Positions 54,610 to 63,419 of a stretch of DNA of 64,000 nucleotides are shown here, piece by piece. Source of the stretch: Myxococcaceae bacterium (lineage in GTDB: Bacteria; Myxococcota; Myxococcia; Myxococcales; UBA5297); NCBI GenBank assembly GCA_017500825.1, contig JAFVYB010000081.1:9448-73447 (forward strand), in the 5' to 3' direction. A program made the position numbers and the translations under genes. Position 1 is the first letter of the stretch; each line of letters starts with the position of its first letter. Below the pieces are notes generated by a model. It was given only the letters and a program-made list of their open reading frames with translations. It was not told where the DNA came from and did no database searches.

Positions 54610-55074
54610 TCAGGCTTCGCTGACGCTCTCAGGCGTCTCGTCTTCAATGCGCTCGCGCCGCGCGTCCGCCCACAGCCCTTCGATGTCGTAAAAAGCGCGG
54701 GCGTCAGCGTGGAACAGGTGAACGACGACATCGCCGTAATCGAGCAGGACCCACTGCCCGGCGCGCAGCCCCTCGATGCTCATCGGCCGCCGTCCCTCGG
54801 CCTTCATCGTCATCTCCAGATGGTCGGCGATGGCGAACAGCTGCGGATCGCTCTCAGCCGTCATCACGACGAAAAAATCCGTGTAGGAGGCCATGCCGCG
54901 CACATCGAGCAGCGTGACATCGAGCGCCTTCTTTTCGAGTCCAAGGCGCGCCAGGCGCAGCGCCGTGGCGCGGACCTCAGAGAGATCGGCCACCTCGGAG
55001 ACGGGCGCGTGGGCGGTTGAATCGGCTGGGGTATCGGTTGTGGAAATCGTGTCGTGCTTGAGCGTCGTATCCAT
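54610..55074 (-). CDS. rsfS: Ribosome silencing factor RsfS (Iojap)
   Basis: KKALDV..LDV, TDFFVV, WVLLDYGDVVVHLF...R.FYDIEGLW. Confidence 0.93.
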   Translation of the reverse strand: MDTTLKHDTISTTDTPADSTAHAPVSEVADLSEVRATALRLARLGLEKKALDVTLLDVRGMASYTDFFVVMTAESDPQLFAIADHLEMTMKAEGRRPMSIEGLRAGQWVLLDYGDVVVHLFHADARAFYDIEGLWADARRERIEDETPESVSEA

Positions 55075-55149
55075 GAAGCGCTGGCTCCTCGTGAAAAACG
55101 GCGCCTCGACCCTGCGCGCGCCGCGTTGAAAAAGGCGCGCCCCTTATTG

Positions 55150-55475
55150 TTTTTCGCACTTCAGCGCCACCGAATTGATTTTATGCGTTTGAGCGCGCGT
55201 TTAAAAACGCGTTTCCACTCGGGCGTCGCGCAAAACAATTCGCTTGAGCGCGCGGCATTTGTTTGTTTTTTTTGTGCTTTGTCGCGCGGTGGTTTATTTT
55301 TTTTGCTGTGCGCTTTTTTGTTTTCTGCGCTTCAGTGCCACCGAATTGATTTTATGCGTTTGAGCGCGCGTTTAAAAACGCGTTTCCACTCGGGCGTCGC
55401 GCAAAACAATTCGCTTGAGCGCGCGGCATTTGTTTGTTTTTTGTGTTTTGGCACGCGGCGGTTTATTTTTTTTGA
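55150..55475. repeat. 171-bp AT-rich tandem duplication; each unit contains an imperfect hairpin
   Basis: gccaccgaattgattttatgcg...ggcatttgtttgttttt occurs near 55166 and 55337, period 171. Confidence 0.9.
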
Positions 55476-55496
55476 TTTTGATTTGGACTTGAATTG

Positions 55497-55825
55497 GCTC
55501 GATTTAATTTATTGAGTTTTTTTTGAAAATCCGACTTGCCGTTGGTTGTTTAAAAACATTTGTCGGGACTTCGAGTGGCTGCTCGAAAAACGCGATTTCT
55601 CTAAAAGATGTTCATATCTTAAAAACACTCATTTCGAGCGGCGTCTTGGAATCATGTCTTTCATCATACAAATATGATTTGGCATGAAAATTGCGGGTGC
55701 CCGCTGCCTCCCCGCCAGCTCCTCCCGCCCCGTTAAAATAGACGATTTTAACATAAAAATCAGCCAATCATTCAGGGGAGCCCGTTTGGGGGAGAAAACG
55801 CGTTTTTGAATAAATTAAATCGAGC
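55497..55825. repeat. Perfect 17-bp inverted repeat bracketing an AT-rich segment of about 330 bp
   Basis: gctcgatttaatttatt (55497-55513) and aataaattaaatcgagc (55809-55825). Confidence 0.8.
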
Positions 55826-56002
55826 TGTTTGGGCGTTGTCTTGGAGTGGTGATTGAAAAATAAAAGTTCAGCGTAAAACGGCGAATTTCTTGGGAACGCT
55901 GCGAAACGAATGTGTTGAAGATAACAGGACGCGCTCGGGAGTATTTTTGTCATGATAGGTTGGTGTCGAGATGAATGAAAATTAAAGTTTAAAATTGAGG
56001 AT

Positions 56003-56389
56003 TCAGACGGGCAGGGCGAATTCGTCGATTTTGCTGAGGAGGCGGTCGAGTTCCAATGGCTTTTTGAGGAAGCAGGCGACGTGGTCGGCCATATTTTGCG
56101 CCGCGCTGCGACCGTCGCCCGAAATAACGATGACGGGAATGCTGGCGAATTCGGGGACATTCAATGTTTCTTCGCGGAATTGCCAGCCATTCATCACGGG
56201 CATCATCAAATCGAGAAGGATGAGGTGGGGTCGCAATCCCTCTTCGAGGAGCGTCAATGCCTCGCGACCGTTGGTGGCGCGCACGACGTGGTAGCCCTCC
56301 ATGTCGAGCAGCATCACGAGCATGGCGCGGATGTCGTAGTCGTCTTCCACGAGGAGGATGGTCTGGTTTTTGGGCGTGGGGGCGTTCAT
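56003..56389 (-). CDS. Single-domain response regulator
   Basis: ILLVEDD, LILLDLMMPVMNG, ISG, KKP. Confidence 0.93.
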   Translation of the reverse strand: MNAPTPKNQTILLVEDDYDIRAMLVMLLDMEGYHVVRATNGREALTLLEEGLRPHLILLDLMMPVMNGWQFREETLNVPEFASIPVIVISGDGRSAAQNMADHVACFLKKPLELDRLLSKIDEFALPV

Positions 56390-56442
56390 GGCGGGTCCTT
56401 TCGAGGCGGAATGAGAGGGCGGGGCGGTTGGTGGCGGTGTGG

Positions 56443-58635
56443 TCAGCATTCGCGCGGCAGTTCGACGGTGAAGGTCGCGCCCTGGCCGCTGTCGCTGTCG
56501 ACGTGGACGCGTCCGCCCATGGCCTGCAGCAGATCGCGGACGATGGTGAGGCCGATGCCGAAGCCGCTGTAGTCCTTGGGCGAAACGGCGCGTTCGAAAC
56601 GCTCGAAGATGCGCTCCTGGTCTCCCTTTGGGATGCCGATGCCGTGATCGCGGACGATCAGACGCGCCCAGTCGCCATCGGGCGCGACGCTGATTTCGAT
56701 GGGGCGCGTGCCGGCGAATTTGAGGGCGTTGGTGAGGAGGTTGGTGAAGATCTGCTCGATGAAGGAGCGATCCCAGCGGCCTGGCGTCGGCTTGAGATCG
56801 AGGACGATTTCGGCGCCCGCGGCCCGGATTTCTTCGCGGAAGTCGTGGAGGACTTCTTCCATGACGTAGGCGAGGTCGAGCGGCTCGGGCTGGGGGGGGA
56901 CGCGGTGCGTGTCGAGGCGGGAGGTGTCGAGCAGGCGGTGGACGAGGCGTTCGAGGCGGGCGCTCTGGCGTCGCGCGGTGTCGAGGGCGTCGCGCAGCAT
57001 CGGCATGTCGGCGCGGGTCAGGCGGCCGCTTTCGACCAGGCGGCAGAGGCCCAACGTGGCCAGGCGGAAGGCGGTGATCGGGGTGCGCAGCTCGTGGGAG
57101 GCGCTGGAGAGGAAGTTGTCGCGCAGTTCGATGGCCTTTTCGGAGCGGCGGAAGAGGCGCGCGTTGTCGACGGCCATGGCCACGCGCATCCCCAGATCTT
57201 CGGCGAGCAGTCGATCGTCTTCACCGTAGACGCGGCCGGAGGTGGTGGCGCCGAGTGTCATGACGCCGATGCAGCGTCCGCGCGCGAGGAGGGGGACGTA
57301 GATGGCCGACGTGAGGCCCAGCGAGGCGAGCAGCTGGCGGACGTTGTCGTCTTTGGTGAAGCGTTCGAGGTCGCTGGCGCGCAGGTTTGGCCAGAGCTCG
57401 GTCGTTCCCGTGGCCATCACGTGTCCGGGGCCGGCTTCGGCGTCGAGGGAGATCGTGAAGCCGTTGAGGTCGACCCAGGACGGCGGATCGCCTGCGACCG
57501 CGGCGACGACATGGCGTTCTTCGCCTTGGTCAAAGAGATCGATGGCGCAGACATCGGCCAGAGTCGGGAGGCAGTGGCGGACGATGTTTTGCAGCAGCTG
57601 TTCGAGGTCGAGCGAGGAGAGGAGGATTTGGCCCGCGTCGGTGAGGAAGGAGAGTCGCAGCCGCGCCTTTTCTGAGATGGCCCTCGCCTCTCGTTCCTGG
57701 GTGAGCAGGCTGAGTCGCTCGCGTCGGGCGCGATTTTGGGCCGTGACCTCGCGCAGATACCAGCAGTGGCCAAAGCGGACGCCCTCGGGGCTCGTCACGG
57801 GCAGGCAGAAGAAGAGGAATTCGCGGCCGTCGTGGAAGAGCAGCTCGATGCCCTGGTGATCGCGCGGCGGTTCGGATTTTTCCGAGAGGTGGGCGCGCGC
57901 GGTGGCCAGGAATGTCTGGCGCGCCATGCGGGCGAGCAGATCGCGCGGCGCCTCGATCAGGCTCACCAGGTGGGAACTGAGCTGATCGGCGTTTTGCGGC
58001 TGCGCGCTCATGCCGGCGATGTCCAAAAAGCGCCTGTTGCAGAGCGGTGGGCCGTCGATTGGCTGGAAGATCATGCCGTCGGAAGAGCCGTTGGCGATGC
58101 AGAGGTAGAGGCTCTTGGTCGCGAAGAGCTCCTCTTCGTTTTTAAGGACTGTGGCGAAGAGGCGGCGGTGGTGCAGGGCGCTGCAGATGATGCGGCAGAG
58201 CCTTTCGAGCAGCCCCCGGTAGAGGGGGGAGATGTTGGCGGCGCGCGGGATGAAGAGGACGAGGTGGACCTCGTCGCCGCTCTGGATCATGGCGCGGTCG
58301 CTGAGGTCGAAGTCCCAGACGTCGAGGTCGTCGCGCCTGACTTCGGGCCAGGGATAGACGCCGTCGCGAAACTCGGCGCAGGTCGGCAGGGGCAGCTTGC
58401 GCGAGTTGGTCGACAAGCCTGCGGCGCTGAGGAGTTCGAGATGATCGCCGCGGAAGTTCAGCGCGAACACGGCGGCGCAACCCAGGCGCATGGCCACGCT
58501 GTCCATGAAGGCGTCCATGGGCGTGCGCGGGTCGAAGAGCTCAAAGGCGGAGACAATCAGCTCCTGCAGCACGCTGTCGCGGATGTGGCGTTCGTCGTTG
58601 GGGACGACGAGGGCGAGGTCGGGGGTGGCGTTCAT
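56443..58635 (-). CDS. Cytoplasmic sensor histidine kinase (PAS/GAF, HisKA, HATPase)
   Basis: ASHELRTP, NLLTNALKF, DHGIGIP, GFGIGL; GAF segment LADVCAIDL; no TM. Confidence 0.93.
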   Translation of the reverse strand: MNATPDLALVVPNDERHIRDSVLQELIVSAFELFDPRTPMDAFMDSVAMRLGCAAVFALNFRGDHLELLSAAGLSTNSRKLPLPTCAEFRDGVYPWPEVRRDDLDVWDFDLSDRAMIQSGDEVHLVLFIPRAANISPLYRGLLERLCRIICSALHHRRLFATVLKNEEELFATKSLYLCIANGSSDGMIFQPIDGPPLCNRRFLDIAGMSAQPQNADQLSSHLVSLIEAPRDLLARMARQTFLATARAHLSEKSEPPRDHQGIELLFHDGREFLFFCLPVTSPEGVRFGHCWYLREVTAQNRARRERLSLLTQEREARAISEKARLRLSFLTDAGQILLSSLDLEQLLQNIVRHCLPTLADVCAIDLFDQGEERHVVAAVAGDPPSWVDLNGFTISLDAEAGPGHVMATGTTELWPNLRASDLERFTKDDNVRQLLASLGLTSAIYVPLLARGRCIGVMTLGATTSGRVYGEDDRLLAEDLGMRVAMAVDNARLFRRSEKAIELRDNFLSSASHELRTPITAFRLATLGLCRLVESGRLTRADMPMLRDALDTARRQSARLERLVHRLLDTSRLDTHRVPPQPEPLDLAYVMEEVLHDFREEIRAAGAEIVLDLKPTPGRWDRSFIEQIFTNLLTNALKFAGTRPIEISVAPDGDWARLIVRDHGIGIPKGDQERIFERFERAVSPKDYSGFGIGLTIVRDLLQAMGGRVHVDSDSGQGATFTVELPREC

Positions 58636-59846
58636 GAGAGCGACTCCTCTCCGGGCAGCGCCATGACGTGGACGGTCTTGTTGTGAAACTGGGGAAAGCC
58701 GCAGCCGAGGGCGCCGATCTCGCCATACGAGGTGCAGCCCAGGATCGGCACGTCTTCGCCGAGCGCTTCGGCGATGGCGTCGAGCTCTTTGGAGAAGTCG
58801 TCGCCGAGGCTGAGGAAGCGGGCGTCGCAATCGAAGACAAGGGCGCCGCCGGGCGAGGCCTTGAGTCTGGCGCGGGCGGCGCGGGCAGCGTGACGGGCGC
58901 CCTCGATGAGCGAATCGGGGGTGCTCCGCATCAGGCGAACGATGGCGCCTTCGGGGATGGAGGAGACGAATTCCAGCGCGCCGTCCTCGCGGGCGCGGAC
59001 AGGCTCGCGCAGGACGTATTCGCCGTCGGCCTGGGGGATGCCGAAGGTGTGTTCGATGCGGTGGACCGCGAGCCGATCGCCGTCGAGGGAGGCGCTCCGA
59101 CCGTGGGCGATCTGTTCATAGAGGTCGATTGCCGGTCGGTATTCGAGTTGGTGGACGATCTTGTCGCGCGCGCTTGTCACGGTGAGCGCCGGTCCCTGGG
59201 GGGTGAAGCCGTGGGCCATGCCTGATCCGATGGGTGCCGGAAGATCGATGGCCAGCGCGATGGCCCGATCGAGAAAGGCGCGTCCATTGGCCAAAAGCGC
59301 CATGCGCCCGCTCGCCCGCCCGAGTCCGCCGACGCCGCCGCCTGCCCAGCAGACGCTCGTCCCGCCCTCGCGCACCGCGCCGCGCACCGTGTCCGTGCCA
59401 CTGCCGTTGAAGGTGTCCGCGAAGAGGATGATGGCGCGGTTGGAGGTGACGCCCGTCGCGTTGGGATGGGACAGCGGCGGGAGGTGATCGATGGCGCGCG
59501 CCACGGCAGCTCCGCCGACGGCGAGTGGACTTGCGCCGGCTGTTCCCGCCAGGCCGATGCCGACCGACATGTCAGGCGCGTTGAGCACGCCGAGGGCGAG
59601 TCCGCTGGTCAGGACCTTGCGGTTGGCGAAGACCGCGGTGGCCGTGCAACCGCACCAGGGAAGGCTGCCGAGTTCGGCTGTCAGCGTTTGCGCCAGCGCC
59701 TCCCGATCCCAGTCGCCCGCCGAAAAGATGAGCGCCAAAACGGGATTTTCCGAGTCGCGCATGGCGGTTTGAACAGCCTCGCGCACCGCTTGTTCGAGAG
59801 AATTGCGCGCGCTCCAGGCGACATTCAGCCAGGTGATTGATCTCAT
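58632..59846 (-). CDS. FIST (NosP-like) sensory protein
   Basis: PWCGCT, AGGG, VTSA, LEYRPA, ALVFDCDAR, GCTSYGEIG, FHNKT; 4-bp overlap with the kinase. Confidence 0.88.
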   Translation of the reverse strand: MRSITWLNVAWSARNSLEQAVREAVQTAMRDSENPVLALIFSAGDWDREALAQTLTAELGSLPWCGCTATAVFANRKVLTSGLALGVLNAPDMSVGIGLAGTAGASPLAVGGAAVARAIDHLPPLSHPNATGVTSNRAIILFADTFNGSGTDTVRGAVREGGTSVCWAGGGVGGLGRASGRMALLANGRAFLDRAIALAIDLPAPIGSGMAHGFTPQGPALTVTSARDKIVHQLEYRPAIDLYEQIAHGRSASLDGDRLAVHRIEHTFGIPQADGEYVLREPVRAREDGALEFVSSIPEGAIVRLMRSTPDSLIEGARHAARAARARLKASPGGALVFDCDARFLSLGDDFSKELDAIAEALGEDVPILGCTSYGEIGALGCGFPQFHNKTVHVMALPGEESLS

Positions 59847-60113
59847 GCCCGCCCCCTTCTTCTGCAGTGTTCTCAGCATAATGAAAGCCACTCACATCAC
59901 GGCGGTCGGAATGAGAATAAAATGTTTTTGAAAATCAACAAAAGAATGAGCTTTTTCTGAAGTGTTCATTGTTTAAAAGTTTTTCTGGTTTATTTGGAGA
60001 AGTGTATTGTTTGAGCTCGTGGTGAATTGATTTAAAACAAATCTCGAAGGCGAATTGTTTTATAAACAGGCAAATGCGCGACAATACCCTGAACAAATCA
60101 CGCCCCCGAAACG

Positions 60114-60142
60114 TTGACGCCTCAATGGCTGCCCCCTAGATT
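60114..60142 (+). promoter_or_regulatory. Putative sigma70 promoter of frzS
   Basis: TTGACG-17 bp-TAGATT. Confidence 0.6.
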
Positions 60143-60254
60143 GCCCCGCTTCGCCGCGCGGGTCGTTCCCATGTCCGGGACGGTCGCGCGGCGGTGTTTT
60201 GGCGCGGCGACCTGCGACGCCATTCCTCCAATCCTCTCTTTCAGGTGGACAAAC

Positions 60255-62717
60255 ATGTCTCAAAAGATCGTTCTCATCGACAGCGATGCCTCATTCTCCT
60301 CGCAGCTGCGCGCGGGCCTGGAAAGCGCTGGCTATGCGGTGACCGAGATGGCCGATGGCGGCAGCGCCGTTGAGTCCCTGCGGGAGGTCCGCCCCGATGT
60401 CATCTTTCTCGCCGTTGAGTTGATGGCTGGTCAGAGCGGTTACATCCTCTGTGGGCGCCTGAAAAAAGACGAGTCGCTCTGCCACGTTCCAGTCATCCTG
60501 GGCGCGCACGACGCGAGCGGATTCGAGCAGCACCAGCAGCTGAGTTCGCGCGCCGACGCCTATTTGCAAAAGCCCTTCGACGCTTCCGCGCTCATCGAGA
60601 CCATTTCCCGTCTGCCGCCGCCGAATGTCGGTGAAGTCGCCTCCAGGGCCGATGTGGCGCGGGCATCGCAGGCGCAGGCCGTCGATCAGCTCTTCCAGGA
60701 TTATTTCGAGGAGACCGCGCCTGACATGGTCGCCGCGGCAGCCGACATGCAGTCAGAGACGCAGCCAGCGGGCGAAGCTGCCGACGATTCGTTCTTTTTG
60801 GAGATCGAGGAGGACGATGGCGCGGCGGTGAGCGCGGAACCGATAGAGGCAGTCGAGGCCGAAGCGGTCGTCGAGGAAGAGGTCGTCGAGATCGAAGCGC
60901 TGGAGGCGGAGGAGGTTGTGGTGGAGGCGGAGCCGGTTGCGGAAGCCGAAGCCGTCGTCGAGGCGGCCGAGGTTGTGGATGTGGATGTCGAGGAGGCTGC
61001 GATAGCGGAGCCGATCGTTGAGGCGGAGCCTGTCATGGACGCTGAACCGATCGTGGACGCCGAGTCGATCGTGGACGCTGAGTCGATCGTGGACGCTGAG
61101 CCTGTTGCCGAGGCAGAGGCGGTCGTTGAGGTCGAGCCGGTCGTTGAGGTCGAGCCGGTCGTTGAGATGGGGGAGGGGACAGAGGTGGAGGATGGGCTGG
61201 CGACTGCCGAGGCCGTGGCCATTGCCGAGATGCCAGTCGAGGACATCGCCATCGAGGAAGTGCCGTCGCTGCCCAAGGTGACGATCGTCAATTTCCCGGA
61301 GGAGCCGTCGTCCGAGATGGCGCACGAGGGTTACGCGGAAGAAGTGGTCGAGCCTTACGCGGAGGCGTCGTCGTCCGAGATGGCGCACGAATGTTACGCG
61401 GAAGAAGTGGTCGAGCCTTACGCGGAGGCGTCGTCGTCCGAGATGGCGCACGAATGTTACGCGGAAGAAGTGGTCGAGCCTTACGCGGAGGCGTCGTCGC
61501 CCGAGATGGCGCACGAGGGTTACGCGGAAGAAGTGGCTGAGCCTTACGCGGAGGCGTCGTCGTCCGAGATGGCGCACGAGGGTTACGCGGAAGAAGTGGC
61601 TGAGCCTTACGCGGAGGCGTCGTCGCCCGAGATGGCGCACGAATGTTACGCGGAAGAAGTGGCTGAGCCTTACGCGGAGGCGTCGTCGCCCGAGATGGCG
61701 CACGAGGGTTACGCGGAAGAAGTGGCCACTGATGAGAGCGCCATGGCGCACGCTGAGTCGGGCGAGGTGAGTCACGACTACGCGCACACCGACGTGGAGG
61801 CGCTGTGGGCCGAGCGGGATGAGCTGGTTGCCCAGCTTGACGCCGCGCACGCCGACCTTGATGCGCTGTGGACTGAGCGGGAGTCGTTCCAGAGTCAGAT
61901 GGAATCGGTCGCTGCTGAACGCGACGCGCTTGCCGCAGAGAAGGAAGCGTTCCTCGTCCAGATTGACGCTGTGACTGCCGAACGCGACGCGCTTGCCGCC
62001 GAACGCGACACGCTCGCTTCTGACAAAGAGGCGTTTGCCGCGGAAAAAGAAGCGCTTCAGGGGCAGATCGAGGCGGCCAAGGCTGGACACAGCGGGGCGC
62101 AGGCGGATGTGGACAGCATTCGCGCTGAACGCGACGCGCTCGCCGCGGAAAAAGAAACGCTCCAGGGCAAGATCGCGTCGGTGCGCGCCGAGAACATCGC
62201 CATCAAGGCTGAACGCGACGGGCTCACCACGGAGAAGGAGTCGTTCCTGGGCAAGCTCGACGCTGCGAGCGCTGAACGCGACGCGGCGCAGGCCAATCTG
62301 GACAGCGTCAAGGCCGAACGCGACGCGCTCACCGCGGAGGTGGAGTCGCTGAAGGCTGAGCGGAGCACGCTGCGCGGCGAATTGGCGTCGGCGCTGGCCG
62401 CCTCCCATCCGTCTCACGAGGGCAGCGATGCCCGACTGGCCGAGCTGTCTGAGGAAAACGCTTCCCTGCGGGCGCAGATCGAGGCGCTGGAGGCCAACCT
62501 GAGCCTGAGTGAGGCGCGGGCCGACAAAAATTATCAAAAGCTGCGCAACGACGAGGAGCTGCGCGCCAAGACGCGGAAGGCGCTCGACATCGCGATGGCC
62601 TTGCTCGCCGCTGCCGAAAGCATGCCCATCGAGCCGATGCCCGGAGAGACGGCGCAGGGCGATCAGACGGTCCAGTCGCTCGAAGCGCTTGCTCCGGAAA
62701 CGCCGGTCACCACCTGA
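60255..62717 (+). CDS. frzS: FrzS-like protein: pseudo-receiver, acidic repeat linker, coiled coil
   Basis: N-terminus closely recalls Myxococcus FrzS (RPDVIFLAVEL with Ala at the phospho-Asp position, GQSGYILCGRLKKD, FEQH, ADAYLQKP). C-terminus YQKLRNDEELRAKTRKALDIAMALL. Confidence 0.82.
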   Translation: MSQKIVLIDSDASFSSQLRAGLESAGYAVTEMADGGSAVESLREVRPDVIFLAVELMAGQSGYILCGRLKKDESLCHVPVILGAHDASGFEQHQQLSSRADAYLQKPFDASALIETISRLPPPNVGEVASRADVARASQAQAVDQLFQDYFEETAPDMVAAAADMQSETQPAGEAADDSFFLEIEEDDGAAVSAEPIEAVEAEAVVEEEVVEIEALEAEEVVVEAEPVAEAEAVVEAAEVVDVDVEEAAIAEPIVEAEPVMDAEPIVDAESIVDAESIVDAEPVAEAEAVVEVEPVVEVEPVVEMGEGTEVEDGLATAEAVAIAEMPVEDIAIEEVPSLPKVTIVNFPEEPSSEMAHEGYAEEVVEPYAEASSSEMAHECYAEEVVEPYAEASSSEMAHECYAEEVVEPYAEASSPEMAHEGYAEEVAEPYAEASSSEMAHEGYAEEVAEPYAEASSPEMAHECYAEEVAEPYAEASSPEMAHEGYAEEVATDESAMAHAESGEVSHDYAHTDVEALWAERDELVAQLDAAHADLDALWTERESFQSQMESVAAERDALAAEKEAFLVQIDAVTAERDALAAERDTLASDKEAFAAEKEALQGQIEAAKAGHSGAQADVDSIRAERDALAAEKETLQGKIASVRAENIAIKAERDGLTTEKESFLGKLDAASAERDAAQANLDSVKAERDALTAEVESLKAERSTLRGELASALAASHPSHEGSDARLAELSEENASLRAQIEALEANLSLSEARADKNYQKLRNDEELRAKTRKALDIAMALLAAAESMPIEPMPGETAQGDQTVQSLEALAPETPVTT
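61311..61727 (+). repeat. 63-bp (21-aa) tandem repeat, six full copies plus one partial, within frzS
   Basis: (t/c)ccgagatggcgcacga(gg/at)gttacgcggaagaagtgg(tc/ct)gagccttacgcggaggcgtcgtcg starting at 61311, 61374 ... 61689. Confidence 0.95.
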
Positions 62718-62756
62718 ACGCGGTGAGCCGGGCCTGTGTCGTGTCAGGTCGTTTCA

Positions 62757-62787
62757 GGCGGGGTTTTGCGGAACCCCGCCCTTTTTG
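62757..62787 (+). terminator. Terminator after frzS
   Basis: ggcggggtt/aaccccgcc stem followed by cttttt. Confidence 0.7.
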
Positions 62788-62980
62788 TGCGCGGCGTTGG
62801 GCTGTCCAAGCAGGTTCGCCGCCTCTGTCATCGCGGTTTGACCAACGGTCGCGCGCCGCGGCCTTCGATGAGAAGAGTCTCTTGAAGAAAGTCGGCCAGG
62901 CGGGGTAAAGAGCCGGCCCTTTTTGTCGCCAACGTGATGAAAGGTATGATTTTAACCCACTCCACCTTGGGAGAACACAC

Positions 62981-63283
62981 ATGAAGATCTCGCAGAAGCA
63001 CACGCTGGACAAGGCAGAGGCGCTTCGCCGCGTCGAGAAGCTGACCGCCTTTTGGAAGCGCGAATACGGCGTCAACGTCGAATGGAACGGGGACAAGGGC
63101 CACTTCGCGGGCGACGTGAAGGGCATCCACTTTGACGCCCAGGTCACGGTCGGCGACCGCGAGATCAACGCCGAGGGCAGCGATCCCGGCCTGATGATCC
63201 GCGCCGTGGCCACGACCTACCTGAAGAAGAAACTGGCCGAATATCTCGACCCCGCCAAGTCGCTGGACGCCTTGGAAGGCTAG
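62981..63283 (+). CDS. Polyhydroxyalkanoic acid system family protein (PHA_gran_rgn-like)
   Basis: MKISQKHTLDKAEALRRVE...YG...W.GD pattern, 100 aa, GGAG RBS. Confidence 0.7.
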   Translation: MKISQKHTLDKAEALRRVEKLTAFWKREYGVNVEWNGDKGHFAGDVKGIHFDAQVTVGDREINAEGSDPGLMIRAVATTYLKKKLAEYLDPAKSLDALEG

Positions 63284-63419
63284 CCGCGGGCGCAGTGGCT
63301 GGCGTTCGGTGTGCCGCGACAGGGCTGAGCCGATGCGCGACAGGCCGCGACGCCTGGGATCGCCAGACGCAGAGAAGCAGGGACGCCTCGCCATCGCGGG
63401 GCGCCTCTCGGAGGCAGCA

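Noticed and set aside
55054-55515. 153-aa ORF with an internal repeat
   Set aside because: It is a translation of the AT-rich duplication, Phe-rich from T-tracts, overlaps the rsfS start, and has no RBS.
55130-56000. oriC, integron attC array or CRISPR in the AT-rich region
   Set aside because: No DnaA boxes seen, no RYYYAAC/GTTRRRY ends or cassettes, and only two long units with no repeat-spacer pattern or cas genes.
61311-61727. 63-bp periodic array as CRISPR
   Set aside because: No unique spacers. It is an in-frame coding tandem repeat within frzS.
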